Shown here: in pieces, positions 62,925 to 64,000 of the stretch
How positions within the stretch are numbered: position 1 is the first letter of the stretch
Layout of the letters: every line of letters starts with the position of its first letter
Source: Eremomyces bilateralis CBS 781.70
Taxonomy: Eukaryota
Length of the DNA: 64,000 nucleotides
Strand: one strand, 5' to 3'
Assembly (NCBI GenBank): GCA_010015585.1
Contig: ML975176.1
The notes under the pieces: generated by a model
What the model was told of the DNA's origin: nothing
What the model saw: the letters and a program-made list of their open reading frames with translations, nothing else
Databases searched by the model: none
Program-made: the position numbers and the translations under genes

Positions 62925-64000
62925 CATGTACTAATGGCTAAGTCCCACCCATTCGCGTTACCTCAGTCCTTTCTCGTATGGTCTCTCCCTTCCTTATAAC
63001 TACTCGTTCCCTCCTTCTAGCTCAATTATCTGTTGAATATGTCATGGAATCCGCTCAATCCAAGCCTATACCTTCTCCTCCTATTCTTTGGAGCACCTTT
63101 CCTTGTCGTCGCTCTCTTCATGTATAGCCAACATGGCTCGATAACGTTTAGATCTGGGGAATTCCCGCACCAAAGAAGTCGCTGTACTCCGTACAAATCG
63201 TATACTCGTTGCTGTGCGTGATGGGCGTGCGACGGAGCTTTATCCTCTTGAACAATCGTGTCTAGCCGATCCTTCTGATATTCCTCGACGAAAGGAAATA
63301 GCTTCGGAATTAATATCTTTGTCTAATATCGATACTAGTCGATTCCTTCTCCTTTCCGTCGAACTAGTTTCCCTGTCTTCTGCGTCTATTTCCAGATCGG
63401 CTTTCTTCTAGAGGGATTCCGGAGTCCCATCCTCCTTATACCGGTCTCAAGCTCCTATTGGTCTCGACGAATAGGTTTAAGCAAGTCGTTCATCTCTTCT
63501 AATGCCTTTTCCGCGTCGGTTTTCTCCTGTTTCGTTTCCGGCATCCAGCAATGGCAAGGGCCTTTCTTATCATACGTAAAGCAGGCCCAGAACATAAATT
63601 CTGTATATCCTTTCCAACGCTCCCGGATATAGGTCTTTGCAAGCGCCTCGTCTTTCGTCCTCTATACTCGATAACTACCTCTCCGGTGGAGTAATACGAT
63701 AGCCATCTCGTCACTCCAAATAACGATTTTCCAATCTTCCAGTGTCCAATGCTCGTGCTCTTTCGCAAACTTCAACCGTTCAGCTTTCATCTTCTTTGTC
63801 AATCTAGGCTTCCTCGTCGGCTTCGTCTTGTTGAAGCCGGCTTTCTTGAGCACTCTCCAGATGGTAGACTCGGAGACAATCTAACCGCCTCTATAAAGCT
63901 CGCCCGCGATATCAGCGCAAGTCTTCTCCCTCCTATATCGATCCTGACGCACTTTGGTAAGAACAGTATTGCGATGTCAGTATTTGGAGCCATTTCGTAA
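62925..64000 (-). mobile_element. Tc1-like (IS630-Tc1-mariner, DD34E) DNA transposon, RIP-inactivated, truncated by the window end
   Basis: KPRLT..RLKFAKEH..WTLEDWKIVIWSDE, FMFWACF, QEDKAPSH-(34 aa from D to E)-NSPDLNVIEPCW. Five in-frame TAG stops, one TGA and a frameshift. Possible terminus TA|CATGTACTAATGG at 62923-62937. Confidence 0.92.

Noticed and set aside
1..64000. CRISPR arrays, tRNA/rRNA genes, prokaryotic operons or defence systems
   Set aside because: The DNA is eukaryotic and intron-rich. I saw no spaced direct repeats, cloverleaf/B-box structures or rRNA similarity.

Overview
This is eukaryotic genomic DNA from a filamentous ascomycete (Pezizomycotina, probably Dothideomycetes-like; the taxon is inferred from protein families and short GT-AG introns with CTRAC branch sites). 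It is gene-dense, with about 23 intron-containing protein genes. From 1 to 29 kb it is mostly housekeeping: condensin Cnd1/Ycs4, CDC7, RPL28, FEN1, a phosphopento/glucomutase, SCJ1, TAF12, RPA190, SRP14, PRE2 and a nucleotide-sugar transporter. From 29 to 38 kb is a more accessory-looking block: a CinA-like protein, an orphan, a patatin, an AsaB/CmcJ-like oxidoreductase and a cytochrome b561. The rest holds a TBC Rab-GAP, a conserved coiled-coil hypothetical, SYP1, a secreted protein with copper-monooxygenase-like motifs, a large PAS hybrid histidine kinase, and a RIP-mutated DD34E Tc1-like transposon cut by the window end. I found no tRNA, rRNA or CRISPR, and no new system can be proven from sequence alone. 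The best leads are: (1) a secreted PHM/DBH-like putative copper enzyme with an altered ligand set and an internal Kex2 site; (2) a cryptic GAF domain broken up by long disordered inserts in the histidine kinase; (3) two neighbouring enzymes with PTS1-like ends, one a CinA/PncC homologue with substituted catalytic residues; (4) a pogo/Fot1-type excision footprint inside the dead Tc1 element. Exon boundaries were read by eye and may be off by a few nt.
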